From positions 955,635-1,019,634 of the forward strand of contig OZ287697.1 of NCBI GenBank assembly GCA_965649825.1: a DNA stretch of 64,000 nucleotides, given 5' to 3'. The DNA comes from Penicillus capitatus. Lineage: Eukaryota; Plantae; Chlorophyta. Every line of letters begins with the position of its first letter. The stretch's first letter is position 1. This document shows positions 24,753 to 34,149 of this stretch, in pieces. The notes beneath the pieces are model-generated. The model was given only the letters and a program-made list of their open reading frames with translations. It ran no database searches and was not told where the DNA came from. The position numbers and the translations under genes were made by a program.

Positions 24753-26224
24753 TCATTTCGGTCTCTCATCGTTCCATTGAGACAGAAAAGAGCTCCCGTA
24801 ATCGTAAAGGAGCTCCTCTCCGGCTCGGATGTCCCTCCCAGCGAAGATACCCACGCGATAGTCTCCATCAACCAGCAGGTACTTAACATAGCAATTGGGC
24901 TCCGAAGAGTGGTTGGCAAAGCGAAGCTTGTTTCCTCGATGATTTGCATCGATCACCGTCTCGGCCGTCGCACTGAAGAGATAGGATCTGTCTTCGATGT
25001 CGTAGACCCTCCCCCTTCTCTCAGCCTCTTCGTCGCTGATCAGCTCGCCCGTGTACTCGCCTAGGCAGTCCACTGTCTCGTCCCCTCTCTCCGATTGGCG
25101 TGCTTACCGATGAGCTCGTCCTTTTTGACGCTCTCGAGCATGAACGTTCCCCATCCGACGATCTCGGACAGCCCCATCGCCACTCGCTTGTTCCGTCGCA
25201 TCCGAATGCTCATGTTGCGGCAGCAGGACGTCCCGTCGGAACGGCACGAGATGCACACGTCTGGATCGCATTCCCTCGACGCCGCCACGCACGGACACCG
25301 TTGCGTCTCGCAGCGCTGCACGCACTTGCAGCCTTTCCAGGCATTGCCGCACACTCTCTTGAACGTCCGGTGTCCGTTCCAGCAGGCGCAGTACTTGTCG
25401 CAGAAGTTCTTGGACTTGACGCAGGGGCAGGTCGCTGAGCAGTTGGCGCGGCAGGCGCAGGGCAGGTACTGGTGCCAGAGCTCGGACTCCTGGTGACGCA
25501 GACGCTTGGCCACGACAGGCGCGCCCTTTCGGCACCCGACCGAGACCTTCTTCGACACCCTGCGTCTCCTCGGCAGACTCGCCATGCGTTTTGTCCCCAG
25601 TCCGGGATGTCTCTGCAAGTGTCGCCGGATCTGCGAGCAGGTCTTCGTGAAGACGAACTTCTGCAGCTCGCACGGACGCTCGCCGTAGACATCAAGCCCC
25701 TTCACACGATCTCTCCTCGAATGAAACGCCCGTCGACGCTCACCTTCTCGAGAAGGTCGATCTCGTCGCTGTCCCAGCCTCCCTCTCCCCACAGCGTCGA
25801 CGTCTCCACGGCGTCGTTCAGGTAGCACCTGGGACCGCATGGCTGTTCGGGCGCCTCGGCACGCGGCGGCGGCTGCAGTGCCGGCAGCACGCTCGATTCC
25901 GGATGCAGCGAGCAGTTGTAGCGCACACACCTTCGACAGAGCTGCACGACGGCGTCCTGCGCCGCCCGCGGAGCACTCTCCCGACGGAGCCTCTCCTCGA
26001 GCGAAGACGTCTCGACGCCGAGCCTCTCCGAGAGCAGAGGGACGAACGTCGCCGCCTCCCATCCCTCCTCCCGCAATCGGGCCAGGCAGAACTCCCTCCA
26101 CTCGACGTCTCTGGAGTCCCATCGGCGATGGCTCTCCGACTGCACCTCGTCTTCGTCTTCGCTCGCCGGCAGCGTCTCGCCCGTGTCGTCGTCGGTGTAG
26201 AAGAGGCGCTTGTGGTTGTGCACC
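24753..26224 (-). CDS. E(z): Enhancer of zeste (PRC2 H3K27 methyltransferase), 3' part: SANT, CXC and SET domains
   Basis: CXC (QYLPCACRANC..CPCVAASRECDPDVC); SET (GEYTGELISDEEAERRG, GNKLRFANHSSEPNC, GEELLYDY). Confidence 0.93.
26220..26224. repeat. 5-bp target-site duplication GCACC (left; right copy 34774-34778)
   Basis: GCACC|TGTG...CACA|GCACC. Confidence 0.95.
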
Positions 26225-26848
26225 TGTGAAAAAATGGCGCAAATTCTGACAAAACGATGATGGGACGTCTCTGTAATAATGATATTCCTGTCACTTGGCA
26301 CTTGTCGCGTCTTTGGCTGTGCGACGTAACCGTCGCTGCTGAGTCGCAAATAAGTCATGGTGACTGGGAGTGAGTTCCTAAGAAGTTCCTAGGAAACTTC
26401 TAGAAGTTCATAATGAATTACCTGGTTCCAATGGGAACCTCATTGCGAACTCACTCTTGAAGTTCAGCTGATTTTCCTGTCGTCACATCGGGGTCGGAGT
26501 ACTTAAGCAAGGTTTTGACACATAAAAACACCTTTCGTTTAAACATCAAAGTCTACACGTGTGTTCTGAATCGCATACAATCTGTCAAAACATTCGCTGT
26601 CTATTCCCAAAGTTGTAACAAGTCGCCCTTTGCTGCAAAACTGTTTGTGTGGCCTCCGAGCTTTCGTCCATCCTCATCCAATTTCAAGACTTCCGCTGCG
26701 CTTGTGAGATGAGCCAACACGGGGACGACTCCGGCAACAATGCTCCACCTCCACCTCCCGGCCAAGGCGAGGGAGAAATACGTGTCGTCCAAGCCGAGAA
26801 CGTCGAGAGGGAGGTACAGGAGGAGGGTGCCGGAGGGAGTTCTTCACA
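26225..26848 (+). repeat. 5' LTR (624 bp)
   Basis: TGTGAAAAAATGG...GGAGTTCTTCACA; no difference seen versus 34150-34773. Confidence 0.96.
26392..26406. promoter_or_regulatory. Perfect 3-unit heat-shock element in LTR (also 34317-34331)
   Basis: gGAAacTTCtaGAAg = nGAAnnTTCnnGAAn. Confidence 0.5.
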
Positions 26849-29800
26849 TGGTTTCGGAGCGAACGGTCCACCGCCACAGCAGCCTCAAGGGGAAGACCCC
26901 CCTCCCGAATTAAGGGGGATACCTGACGCCGCACTATTACAACACCTTGGTTGGTTACGACAAGAGGCACAAAGGCGCGAGGAGGAAAGACAAGCCGCTG
27001 CCGAACCGGCGGCCGTTCCCCCGGCCCAGGAAGACGCGCCCCCTAGCGAGGACCAACAAGTCATGAGTAGGTTTGAGGAACTTATCTTCGAGAACGCCCG
27101 GGCCTTCAAGCAAAGGCTGACGGACCTCGACCAATGGGGAGGAAGGCAATTGGAGAAGCTGCAAGACTGGTGGACAAGAAGACGAGCCCCGGTCGCCGCC
27201 CGACCTTGGGTGGCCCCGGCGGGCGAACCCGTTGTCGCACCAGAACCGGACGCGCCCCCTCCAGCCGTCAATCCTCGCCCACTCCGTACGTGGGCGCGAT
27301 GGAGGGCAATTTGGTATTCCCGTTTGCACACCCTTCTCCTCTTGGGACTAATCGGGACCGTCGTCGTTCTCACACGAAACAAGGGGCAAACGCCTAAAGA
27401 GCGTTTCGCCGAATACTACGCGGCGTTCAGTGACTTCGAACGTCAACCGGATGGCTGCCCCTGGGGGTCAAAGATGACAACGACGTGGAAATTTAACACG
27501 AAGGGCTGGATATCGGAATGCGTCCCGACAACGGACTTCGCATGGGACGAGCTCCAACTCAACTCGGCATTCACCGCGAGCATGAAGGCGGCGCTGGGGG
27601 CATATGTCGGTCTAGACCCCAAGACGTCGTGGGCCAAGCCAATTGCTGAGCTCTTCGTGGACACGCTAAGTCATGCGCAATCCAATAAGAACTCTGGCTT
27701 GGACGCACAACTCATCCTCCAACTTAGTAAGATGAACCACATGTTTGCACACATGCAGGCAGAACGCAAGCTTTACGAAAGCAAGCGGCCTGCGGAGCTC
27801 GAGGCATTCGCTCTGCCACTGTCCCAGGGGCAGAAGCGTATCGAAGAGACACTGTCCGGGGCGCACCGCATGATGAATCAATTGGCATCTGACGTAACCA
27901 GGGCGGTGCGCGACGAGGCGCTGAGGAGTGGAAAACTGTCCCAGGCACAGCTCGCCGACCTGGAGAAGAGGATCAAGGAAAGCCAGGATGCAAACACTCT
28001 GTCGCTGAGCAAGCAGATGCAAGGAATTGAGGAATCGATGACCCGGCTCAGGCGTCACTGCGACAACGCAAGGAAGCGCTGCGAAGAAGCGCTTGAGCTG
28101 GTCGATAAGGCAAGGCAGGACGGTATCATTGAGAACAATCTCGACACCCAACGCCTAAGGGAGCAGCTCGAGGACACCTTCGAAGACTTTCAGCGCTGGG
28201 GAGCAAAGACCACCGGCAGCCTGTTTTCTGCCTGGCCGTGGCTTCGCAGCGGACTCGGACTGCTCGCCTCGTTTTGCTCCTGGTTACCGTTTTGGGGCTG
28301 GGGCATAGTGATCTTCGTAATGATGTGCGTGGTCGCCGTGCTAGGCGCTCTGCTCAAGAAAACCGTGGATATGATCCACGGAGGACTGAACCTCATGGAA
28401 TCTTTGCAGAAGGCCGTCGAGAAGCTCGTGGAATGGGTGGTCGCCATCTGTGCGCTACCATTCCGACTCATCCGCTGGGTCCTGCGACTGGGCTGGTGGA
28501 CGGTCCGGATGTTTGTGGATAAGTTGGGGCAGGAGTTTGTGCTGGAACGACCAGCCCCGGCCTCCCCGCGACAGCGGAGTCCAAGGACACCACGAGCGGG
28601 CGCCGCCCGAGGGCGACGTAGCCGACGAAGCAGCCAAGGATCGGAGAATCAAGGACGAAGCAGCCAGAGTTCGGGACAAGGACACCAAGAAGAACAAGCC
28701 AGTGAGCCATCTCCGCAACAGGAGAACGGGGGACGAGCTGTCGTTCAAGATCCGTCACCAACCGCACCGAGAATCGAAGAGGTGGCCCAGGTATCGACAA
28801 ACGATCCCGGACCGCGTCAATCCCAAGACCGCACGCCGCCAGCGGGAAGAGTGGCTCCAGAGGTGCCAAGACCTGAAGCCCCTCCAGCGACTCCGCAAAA
28901 CACACCGCCGCCTCCACAAGTTCCACGGGAGGAGGTACCCCGCGAAGAAAGAAGAGGAGGCGGGCGAAGAGGACGAGGAAGACGAGGGGGTCGAGCGCCC
29001 GGAGGCCGAGGGCGCCAGGGACAGCGGTCGGGTGGCTACGCTTCTGACGAAACCCAAGACCGACGTCGGACGGAACCACGACTTGCGTGGGAACTCCGCC
29101 CTGTCAGTGATGGTGAAGACGAGAAGTTGCCACACTCGCGGAGCCCGGCACTGCCGCCGAATTTCGAGGCATATGAAAATATCCTGGACCGACTCCGCCA
29201 ACTGGAAATGGACAGAAGGCCCCTTGCGGCGGCACGTCCGCCGCCTCCGCCGATGGTCCGACCTCCCGCACCGCGCCCGGCGTCACCAATTCCCAGACGG
29301 GCTCCACACGTTGGAGGACCCTCGCTGCAAGTCACACATACGCCAAGACGCCCCAACCAGAGACGCTGTGCAAATTGCAACGCATCTGGACACGTAACTA
29401 ACGAGTGCCCACTCTTCTGGCAGCAAGTGGTTCAGCCTCCGGTCAGTGAGGTTCCGCGACAAGCAGATGAGGGACCAAGCGACAGGCCACCAGTGGCAGC
29501 GGTATGGGACGCCGCCACAAGTCGTGACCCATCGCGGCTCTACTACGTACGCGCCAAGCTGGCCGAGGGGGCTAGTCCCGTTCAGATGCTCGTGGATTCG
29601 GGATCCTCCGTATGCGTAATGCCCACGGAACGCTGCATACAAGGCGGTTGGGAAATCCAGCCCCTCCCGGAGCCAATGGAAGTCCAGGCTTTCAACGGCG
29701 TGGCCACCCAGGTTCGGGGCCGAGTGGGCCTCCCGGTGGACATCGGCGGAGAAACAAGACAGGTGCCATTTCTCGTAGTGGACGGGCCTGAGCACCCAAT

Positions 29801-29924
29801 CGTCGGCGTCAACGCTCTGCGAGATTTCGGCTGGAGTTTGGACTTCGCGGGAAACCGACTCGTGGCCCCGGATGGGCGCTCGGTCATGTGCGCGGCGGTA
29901 CAGGAAGCACACCGCCCAAACTAG
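26709..29924 (+). CDS. Retroelement ORF1: two-TM coiled-coil envelope-like protein + CCHC Zn knuckle + aspartic protease; no recognisable capsid
   Basis: TM1 LHTLLLLGLIGTVVVLT; heptad-rich luminal region; TM2 FWGWGIVIFVMMCVVAVLGALL; CANCNASGHVTNEC; MLVDSGSS. The ATG lies inside the LTR. Confidence 0.85.
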   Translation: MSQHGDDSGNNAPPPPPGQGEGEIRVVQAENVEREVQEEGAGGSSSHGFGANGPPPQQPQGEDPPPELRGIPDAALLQHLGWLRQEAQRREEERQAAAEPAAVPPAQEDAPPSEDQQVMSRFEELIFENARAFKQRLTDLDQWGGRQLEKLQDWWTRRRAPVAARPWVAPAGEPVVAPEPDAPPPAVNPRPLRTWARWRAIWYSRLHTLLLLGLIGTVVVLTRNKGQTPKERFAEYYAAFSDFERQPDGCPWGSKMTTTWKFNTKGWISECVPTTDFAWDELQLNSAFTASMKAALGAYVGLDPKTSWAKPIAELFVDTLSHAQSNKNSGLDAQLILQLSKMNHMFAHMQAERKLYESKRPAELEAFALPLSQGQKRIEETLSGAHRMMNQLASDVTRAVRDEALRSGKLSQAQLADLEKRIKESQDANTLSLSKQMQGIEESMTRLRRHCDNARKRCEEALELVDKARQDGIIENNLDTQRLREQLEDTFEDFQRWGAKTTGSLFSAWPWLRSGLGLLASFCSWLPFWGWGIVIFVMMCVVAVLGALLKKTVDMIHGGLNLMESLQKAVEKLVEWVVAICALPFRLIRWVLRLGWWTVRMFVDKLGQEFVLERPAPASPRQRSPRTPRAGAARGRRSRRSSQGSENQGRSSQSSGQGHQEEQASEPSPQQENGGRAVVQDPSPTAPRIEEVAQVSTNDPGPRQSQDRTPPAGRVAPEVPRPEAPPATPQNTPPPPQVPREEVPREERRGGGRRGRGRRGGRAPGGRGRQGQRSGGYASDETQDRRRTEPRLAWELRPVSDGEDEKLPHSRSPALPPNFEAYENILDRLRQLEMDRRPLAAARPPPPPMVRPPAPRPASPIPRRAPHVGGPSLQVTHTPRRPNQRRCANCNASGHVTNECPLFWQQVVQPPVSEVPRQADEGPSDRPPVAAVWDAATSRDPSRLYYVRAKLAEGASPVQMLVDSGSSVCVMPTERCIQGGWEIQPLPEPMEVQAFNGVATQVRGRVGLPVDIGGETRQVPFLVVDGPEHPIVGVNALRDFGWSLDFAGNRLVAPDGRSVMCAAVQEAHRPN
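26849..26861 (+). other. Primer-binding-site-like sequence
   Basis: TGGTTTCGGAGCG immediately after the LTR CA; resembles the iMet-tRNA PBS TGGTATCAGAGC with two mismatches. Confidence 0.6.
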
Positions 29925-32749
29925 CTGCCCCCTCCAAAAGCCACGGGAGGGGCGGCTTTGTTCGCGTGCACCAGCAGTGGGAAATCAAGGATGGAACCGG
30001 GATCTCAATCACTCCAAAGGGAGTCCAGCTGCAGAGTGGAAAGCCAAGATTCTTGCCGCCGAGAACTTGGGAACGCTGGTACCTCCCGTGGAAGATAGAA
30101 GTAGAAGGCGGCGTCACAATAGCTAGCTGCTTCCAACGGCCGGAAGTTCTGTCTGGAGTAGTGGTGACGTCTGGAGGAATGATACGTTGTGAGGTCTACA
30201 ATACGTCAGAAAGAGTGATCCGGATCACTCCGACGACGCCCCTCGTTTCCTTGCATGGACACGACAGCATCGAGGTAGTCCGGCTGGCCAAGATCAACAC
30301 GGTCGCCGCCGACACTCTCGCTGAGTCCCTGCGAGACGAGCTGGCGAGTCGTTTTCCTGACGTGAGCGACCTGAGCCGACACCCTATTGTGCCCGCAATG
30401 GAGCCCCTCCAAGTCAGAGCCGACGAAGTCTGCTGGACACCACCCAGAGAGCAAGGGTTGCGCACATCGTACAAGACAGAGCAGGTCGCCGACCGACGCA
30501 AGATAGCCGAACAGCTTGAGCACTATGTTCAGCGCGGCTATCTCCGACAGGTCTCCATGGGTGAGCGAGTGGCTCTAAGCCCCCTGTACCCCATCCCAAA
30601 GAAGGATGGGAGCTACAGGTTCACCAACGACTTTCGTTGGTTGAACGCTCACTTCAAGAAACATGGAATGACCCAGATCGACGTCTGGCGGCGGCTGTGG
30701 GATGTAGACCCGGCATGGAGGTACTTTGCGAAGCTGGACCTCAAGGATGGCTTCTTCGCCATCCCGGTGTGCCCAGAACTGCAGACTGCGTTTGCCTTCA
30801 CCTGGCAAGACCGCCGCTACGCCTGGAGACGCCTGCCGCAGGGATGGTCCTGGAGCCCGATCCTCTTCGCTGAGCGCGTTGCCGAGATCGTCCAGGGGCT
30901 CGGTGCGGTGCAATACGCCGATGACCTCCTTGTAGGCGGTGTCACTCCCGAAGAGCTCTGCGACCGCGTCCGTAGCATCTTCGCCCGTTTCCAGGAGTTC
31001 GGGCTCAAGGTCAACCTCGCGAAGACCGAGCTCCTGCGAACGAAAGTCAAGTTCCTGGGGATGGAACTGTCGCATGGGTCGTGGACGCTGACAGACTACT
31101 TCCGCAGTCGCTGGACCCAACTCGGAGAGGTGACGCACTGGAAAGATCTTGAGCGCCTCATCGGAGTGCTCTCCTATCTGAGGCGAACCATTGTGGACCT
31201 CGAGAGATTGATAGCGCCCCTCCGACAGCTGCTAGCAGAAGCCAAGGCAAGAAAACAAGACGGCAAGTGGTGGGACCGAGCCCGACGGGAAGTCTGGGAG
31301 GTGCTTCTGCGAGCCCTCGATCGACAGGTATTGCTCGAACTGCCTGGTCTCCGGACGACGCAATACATTCTCGAGACGGATTGGTCTGGAGAGCACGCGG
31401 GATATCTGCTGTGGGCCAAAGGGCCAAACCACGAGCACCTCGTCGACCTCGGAAGCAAGAGTGTGCCGGAAGTGACTTCATCTTTCCTCGGGGAACTCAA
31501 GGCAATCGTGTGGGCTTGTCAAGCAACAAAGCCGTTGCGAGGGGACTTTCCTTTGCTCATCCGGACGGACAACCAAGCGGTCGCCGAGCAACTGAGCACC
31601 AGCACGCCAAGTCTCAAGGACAAGCGAGTACTGCGCCTACTAGGGTGGCTCCTAGGAAACGAAAACTTCATTGTCGAATTCGTTCCCGGGGCAGAAAACC
31701 AAGGCGCGGACCTCTTATCCAGACCCCGTAAGGGAAAGGGCGCAGCCGAGGTGTCTCAGGCAACGGCGGGCCCGACACGAGGCCAGCTGAGGCAGATCAA
31801 GAAGGCTCACGAAGGGCACTTCAACTGGCAGACAACGCTGAGGAACCTCAAAGCAACGGGAGCAGATTGGCCAGGGATGAGAACACATGTCCGACAGTTC
31901 GTCCAAGGGTGCAGGCAATGTCAGGCCTACGGACGACCCATTCAGCGACCCGTCTGGGGCTCGTGGGATTGCCCCTGCCCCAACGACACGGTCTTTTGTG
32001 ATTTTCTCGGACCCATACAATGGGAAAAGGAGGAAGACAACGTGCACGTGTTTCTCATGATAGACGGATTCAGCCGCTACGTCATGCTCACAGCTTCGGC
32101 AGGGCCGACGGCCGAGGCCGCGAAGGCGGGACTGCGTAAGTGGATATATCACTTCGGGCCCCCTCGCCGGCTCGTGAGTGACCAAGGCGCAGCTTTTGTA
32201 TCCATCGACTTCGAAGAGTATTGCAGCCGGCGCCACGTGGAGATGGCACTGTCTCCTGCCTATGCTCACTGGAGCAATGGAATGGCCGAGCGAGCAATTG
32301 GCACCATCCTGGGTCGAATCCGAAGAGAAGGCCCAAGTGCGCCATGGCCGTCACTCCTCCAACGTATCGAGAAGGCGTATAACGAATCATGGCACTCTGC
32401 GCTTGGATACGCTCCGAGTCTCGTCATGACGGGCAAACGAGCCGATGGTACGCGGCTCCAGAAGGAGGAACTGGACAGGGTCCAAGGAAGAGCATGGAAG
32501 CGTTCGGACGACCAACGGCGGAAGCGAAGAACAAGACACGAGCGGACCATCCCGACGAGAAGAAACCTACGAGTTGGAGACAAGGTCGCAATCATGGTGC
32601 CGCGGCCAGCACATAAGCTAGCGGCCCAGTGGGAGTCGGGATGGCGCGTCCGCGCTATTGTCACTCCACATATCATCGAGGTCGAAACACTGGATGGGCG
32701 GAATCGCCGGTCGTGTCACTCGCACCAGCTACGGCTTCTGCAGATGTGA
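29888..32749 (+). CDS. pol: Retroelement Pol: dUTPase-like - reverse transcriptase - RNase H - integrase
   Basis: RT (YRFTNDFRWLN, KLDLKDGFFAI, LPQG, YADD); RH (LETDWS, ELKAI, TDNQA, ENQGADLLSR); IN (H-H-C-C, CDFLGP, SDQG, NGMAER). Confidence 0.96.
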   Translation: MRGGTGSTPPKLAAPSKSHGRGGFVRVHQQWEIKDGTGISITPKGVQLQSGKPRFLPPRTWERWYLPWKIEVEGGVTIASCFQRPEVLSGVVVTSGGMIRCEVYNTSERVIRITPTTPLVSLHGHDSIEVVRLAKINTVAADTLAESLRDELASRFPDVSDLSRHPIVPAMEPLQVRADEVCWTPPREQGLRTSYKTEQVADRRKIAEQLEHYVQRGYLRQVSMGERVALSPLYPIPKKDGSYRFTNDFRWLNAHFKKHGMTQIDVWRRLWDVDPAWRYFAKLDLKDGFFAIPVCPELQTAFAFTWQDRRYAWRRLPQGWSWSPILFAERVAEIVQGLGAVQYADDLLVGGVTPEELCDRVRSIFARFQEFGLKVNLAKTELLRTKVKFLGMELSHGSWTLTDYFRSRWTQLGEVTHWKDLERLIGVLSYLRRTIVDLERLIAPLRQLLAEAKARKQDGKWWDRARREVWEVLLRALDRQVLLELPGLRTTQYILETDWSGEHAGYLLWAKGPNHEHLVDLGSKSVPEVTSSFLGELKAIVWACQATKPLRGDFPLLIRTDNQAVAEQLSTSTPSLKDKRVLRLLGWLLGNENFIVEFVPGAENQGADLLSRPRKGKGAAEVSQATAGPTRGQLRQIKKAHEGHFNWQTTLRNLKATGADWPGMRTHVRQFVQGCRQCQAYGRPIQRPVWGSWDCPCPNDTVFCDFLGPIQWEKEEDNVHVFLMIDGFSRYVMLTASAGPTAEAAKAGLRKWIYHFGPPRRLVSDQGAAFVSIDFEEYCSRRHVEMALSPAYAHWSNGMAERAIGTILGRIRREGPSAPWPSLLQRIEKAYNESWHSALGYAPSLVMTGKRADGTRLQKEELDRVQGRAWKRSDDQRRKRRTRHERTIPTRRNLRVGDKVAIMVPRPAHKLAAQWESGWRVRAIVTPHIIEVETLDGRNRRSCHSHQLRLLQM
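29915..29960 (+). other. -1 programmed ribosomal frameshift signal (slippery heptamer + H-type pseudoknot)
   Basis: C_CCA_AAC directly before the ORF1 TAG; stem 1 CCCCTCC/GGAGGGG; stem 2 AAAGCC/GGCTTT; the -1 frame is the pol ORF (PKLAAP..). Confidence 0.8.
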
Positions 32750-32978
32750 CGCACTCATTAGGTAATCCGACGGGTTGCTGACGGATACACCTTTGTCTTC
32801 CAAAGTTCATAACGGTTTGCGACGGATGACCAAATGCGTAGGGAAACTCCCGATGGTTGGAAGATAGCTTCCTCCAGCGGAGCGAAGTTCCCGACGGATG
32901 CCATGAACTTTGGGCGAACCATAGGATAACCGCCAGTCAGGGCGCGCGCTGGGCACGTGTCCTCGGAGGTTACGGGGG

Positions 32979-32984
32979 TATAAA
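32979..32984 (+). promoter_or_regulatory. Putative internal TATA box for ORF3
   Basis: TATAAA in GC-rich context 39 nt before the ORF3 ATG; CACGTG at ~32954. Confidence 0.45.
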
Positions 32985-33022
32985 GGGACCGCCCGCACCG
33001 GGATTTCACCATTTGCTCGCTT

Positions 33023-34042
33023 ATGTCTTTCGCAGTACTCAGCTTTTTTGCGCTCGTGTTTACGCTCACTCTCCTGACATTCATTGAATCGTGGCCGGCC
33101 GTAGCCCAGGAATTCGTCGTTGGCCTTTCCGTCTTTGTCGCGTTCCGAGTTCTCGAGGGCGCCTTCGCTCTCATTTTCGAAGCCATGAAGAGGGAAAGAA
33201 GCTCGTCCGCGTCAGAGGGAAACCTGCACCGCCTCACCTGCCTCAGGCGCGTGACCCCAACCCCGTCACCAGACAACCTGGCCCCTACCACGGATCGCAG
33301 CATGGCGGAAATGAGGGCGGCCGAGGTAAGGGAGCAATGTCGTTCCCTGACCCTGGCCGACCTCATAGCCGAGATTGAGCGACGCTGCGCAGAGGGACCC
33401 GGCACACCAGCCACAAGAGGAAGCACCCCTGTCGAAGCCACACGTGGAGGAAACAGCCAAGGCGAAACAAGCCGGCGCAGGAGCGGCCGCGGAAGTCGCG
33501 GGGAGGGCTCGCGGCGAAGGATGCGCAGCCCCTTGCCCCCTCGACCTCCGTCCCCTACCCCTCCGGAATCGCCGCTCCTCTCAGCGCGAGCCCACCCACC
33601 GCCCCTCACCGCCATTTGCCGACCGCCAGGACCGCGATACATTGCCGCAGGGGAGCTCGGGGAGATCAAATTGCCACACCGTTTCCTCATTGACCCCGAG
33701 CTCTCGGGTCACGTGGTCAGCAGAGCGACTGCGGAACTGCTTGGACTCCGTGTCCAGCCTCTCCAAGGGCCCCTCCCGCCAGGAATCGAGGGACGTGTCA
33801 TTCGCAGTGAAGGCGGCACAAGCGTGATAGTGGGCAGCACCGCCGCGAGGGTGAAGATCGGCCCCCACATGGAAGTCTGCAATTTCACCGTCGCGGGAGA
33901 CAAGGTGGAGACGAGGCTGGGGAGAGAGATAATGCAGCCTTTCGACCTGACGCGAGATAGAGTAAATGGAAACCTGTACCAGTCGCAGACAACGAAGGTG
34001 GGGGTTTCGGACCCCCGGGCGCTCATACGCCGTCGCGCCTGA
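33023..34042 (+). CDS. Retroelement ORF3: two N-terminal hydrophobic helices, coiled coil, Arg-rich tract, degenerate retropepsin-like domain
   Basis: MSFAVLSFFALVFTLTLLTF..FVVGLSVFVAFRVLEGAFALIF; HRFLIDPELSGHVVSRATAELLGL..CNFTVA..RLGREIMQPF mirrors the LID(T/S)GA..ILGxDFL layout. Confidence 0.75.
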   Translation: MSFAVLSFFALVFTLTLLTFIESWPAVAQEFVVGLSVFVAFRVLEGAFALIFEAMKRERSSSASEGNLHRLTCLRRVTPTPSPDNLAPTTDRSMAEMRAAEVREQCRSLTLADLIAEIERRCAEGPGTPATRGSTPVEATRGGNSQGETSRRRSGRGSRGEGSRRRMRSPLPPRPPSPTPPESPLLSARAHPPPLTAICRPPGPRYIAAGELGEIKLPHRFLIDPELSGHVVSRATAELLGLRVQPLQGPLPPGIEGRVIRSEGGTSVIVGSTAARVKIGPHMEVCNFTVAGDKVETRLGREIMQPFDLTRDRVNGNLYQSQTTKVGVSDPRALIRRRA

Positions 34043-34149
34043 AGAACCATCTGCTGTCATCAGTATTTCAACTAGGTAGGCTGTGTGGGCTGGTTTTCTT
34101 CTTTGCTCCGCACATCGGAGTTTGCACAACGGGAATGCGGGTGCGCCCA

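Noticed and set aside
25061-26358. Multiple long overlapping ORFs over E(z)
   Set aside because: Alternative-frame shadows caused by high GC; only the E(z) frames have conserved motifs.
32758-33690. 310-aa antisense ORF in the retroelement
   Set aside because: Shadow of GC-rich ORF3; low complexity with no domain features.
34125-34149. Polypurine tract
   Set aside because: Only a weak purine-rich stretch (GGGAATGCGGG); not called as a feature.
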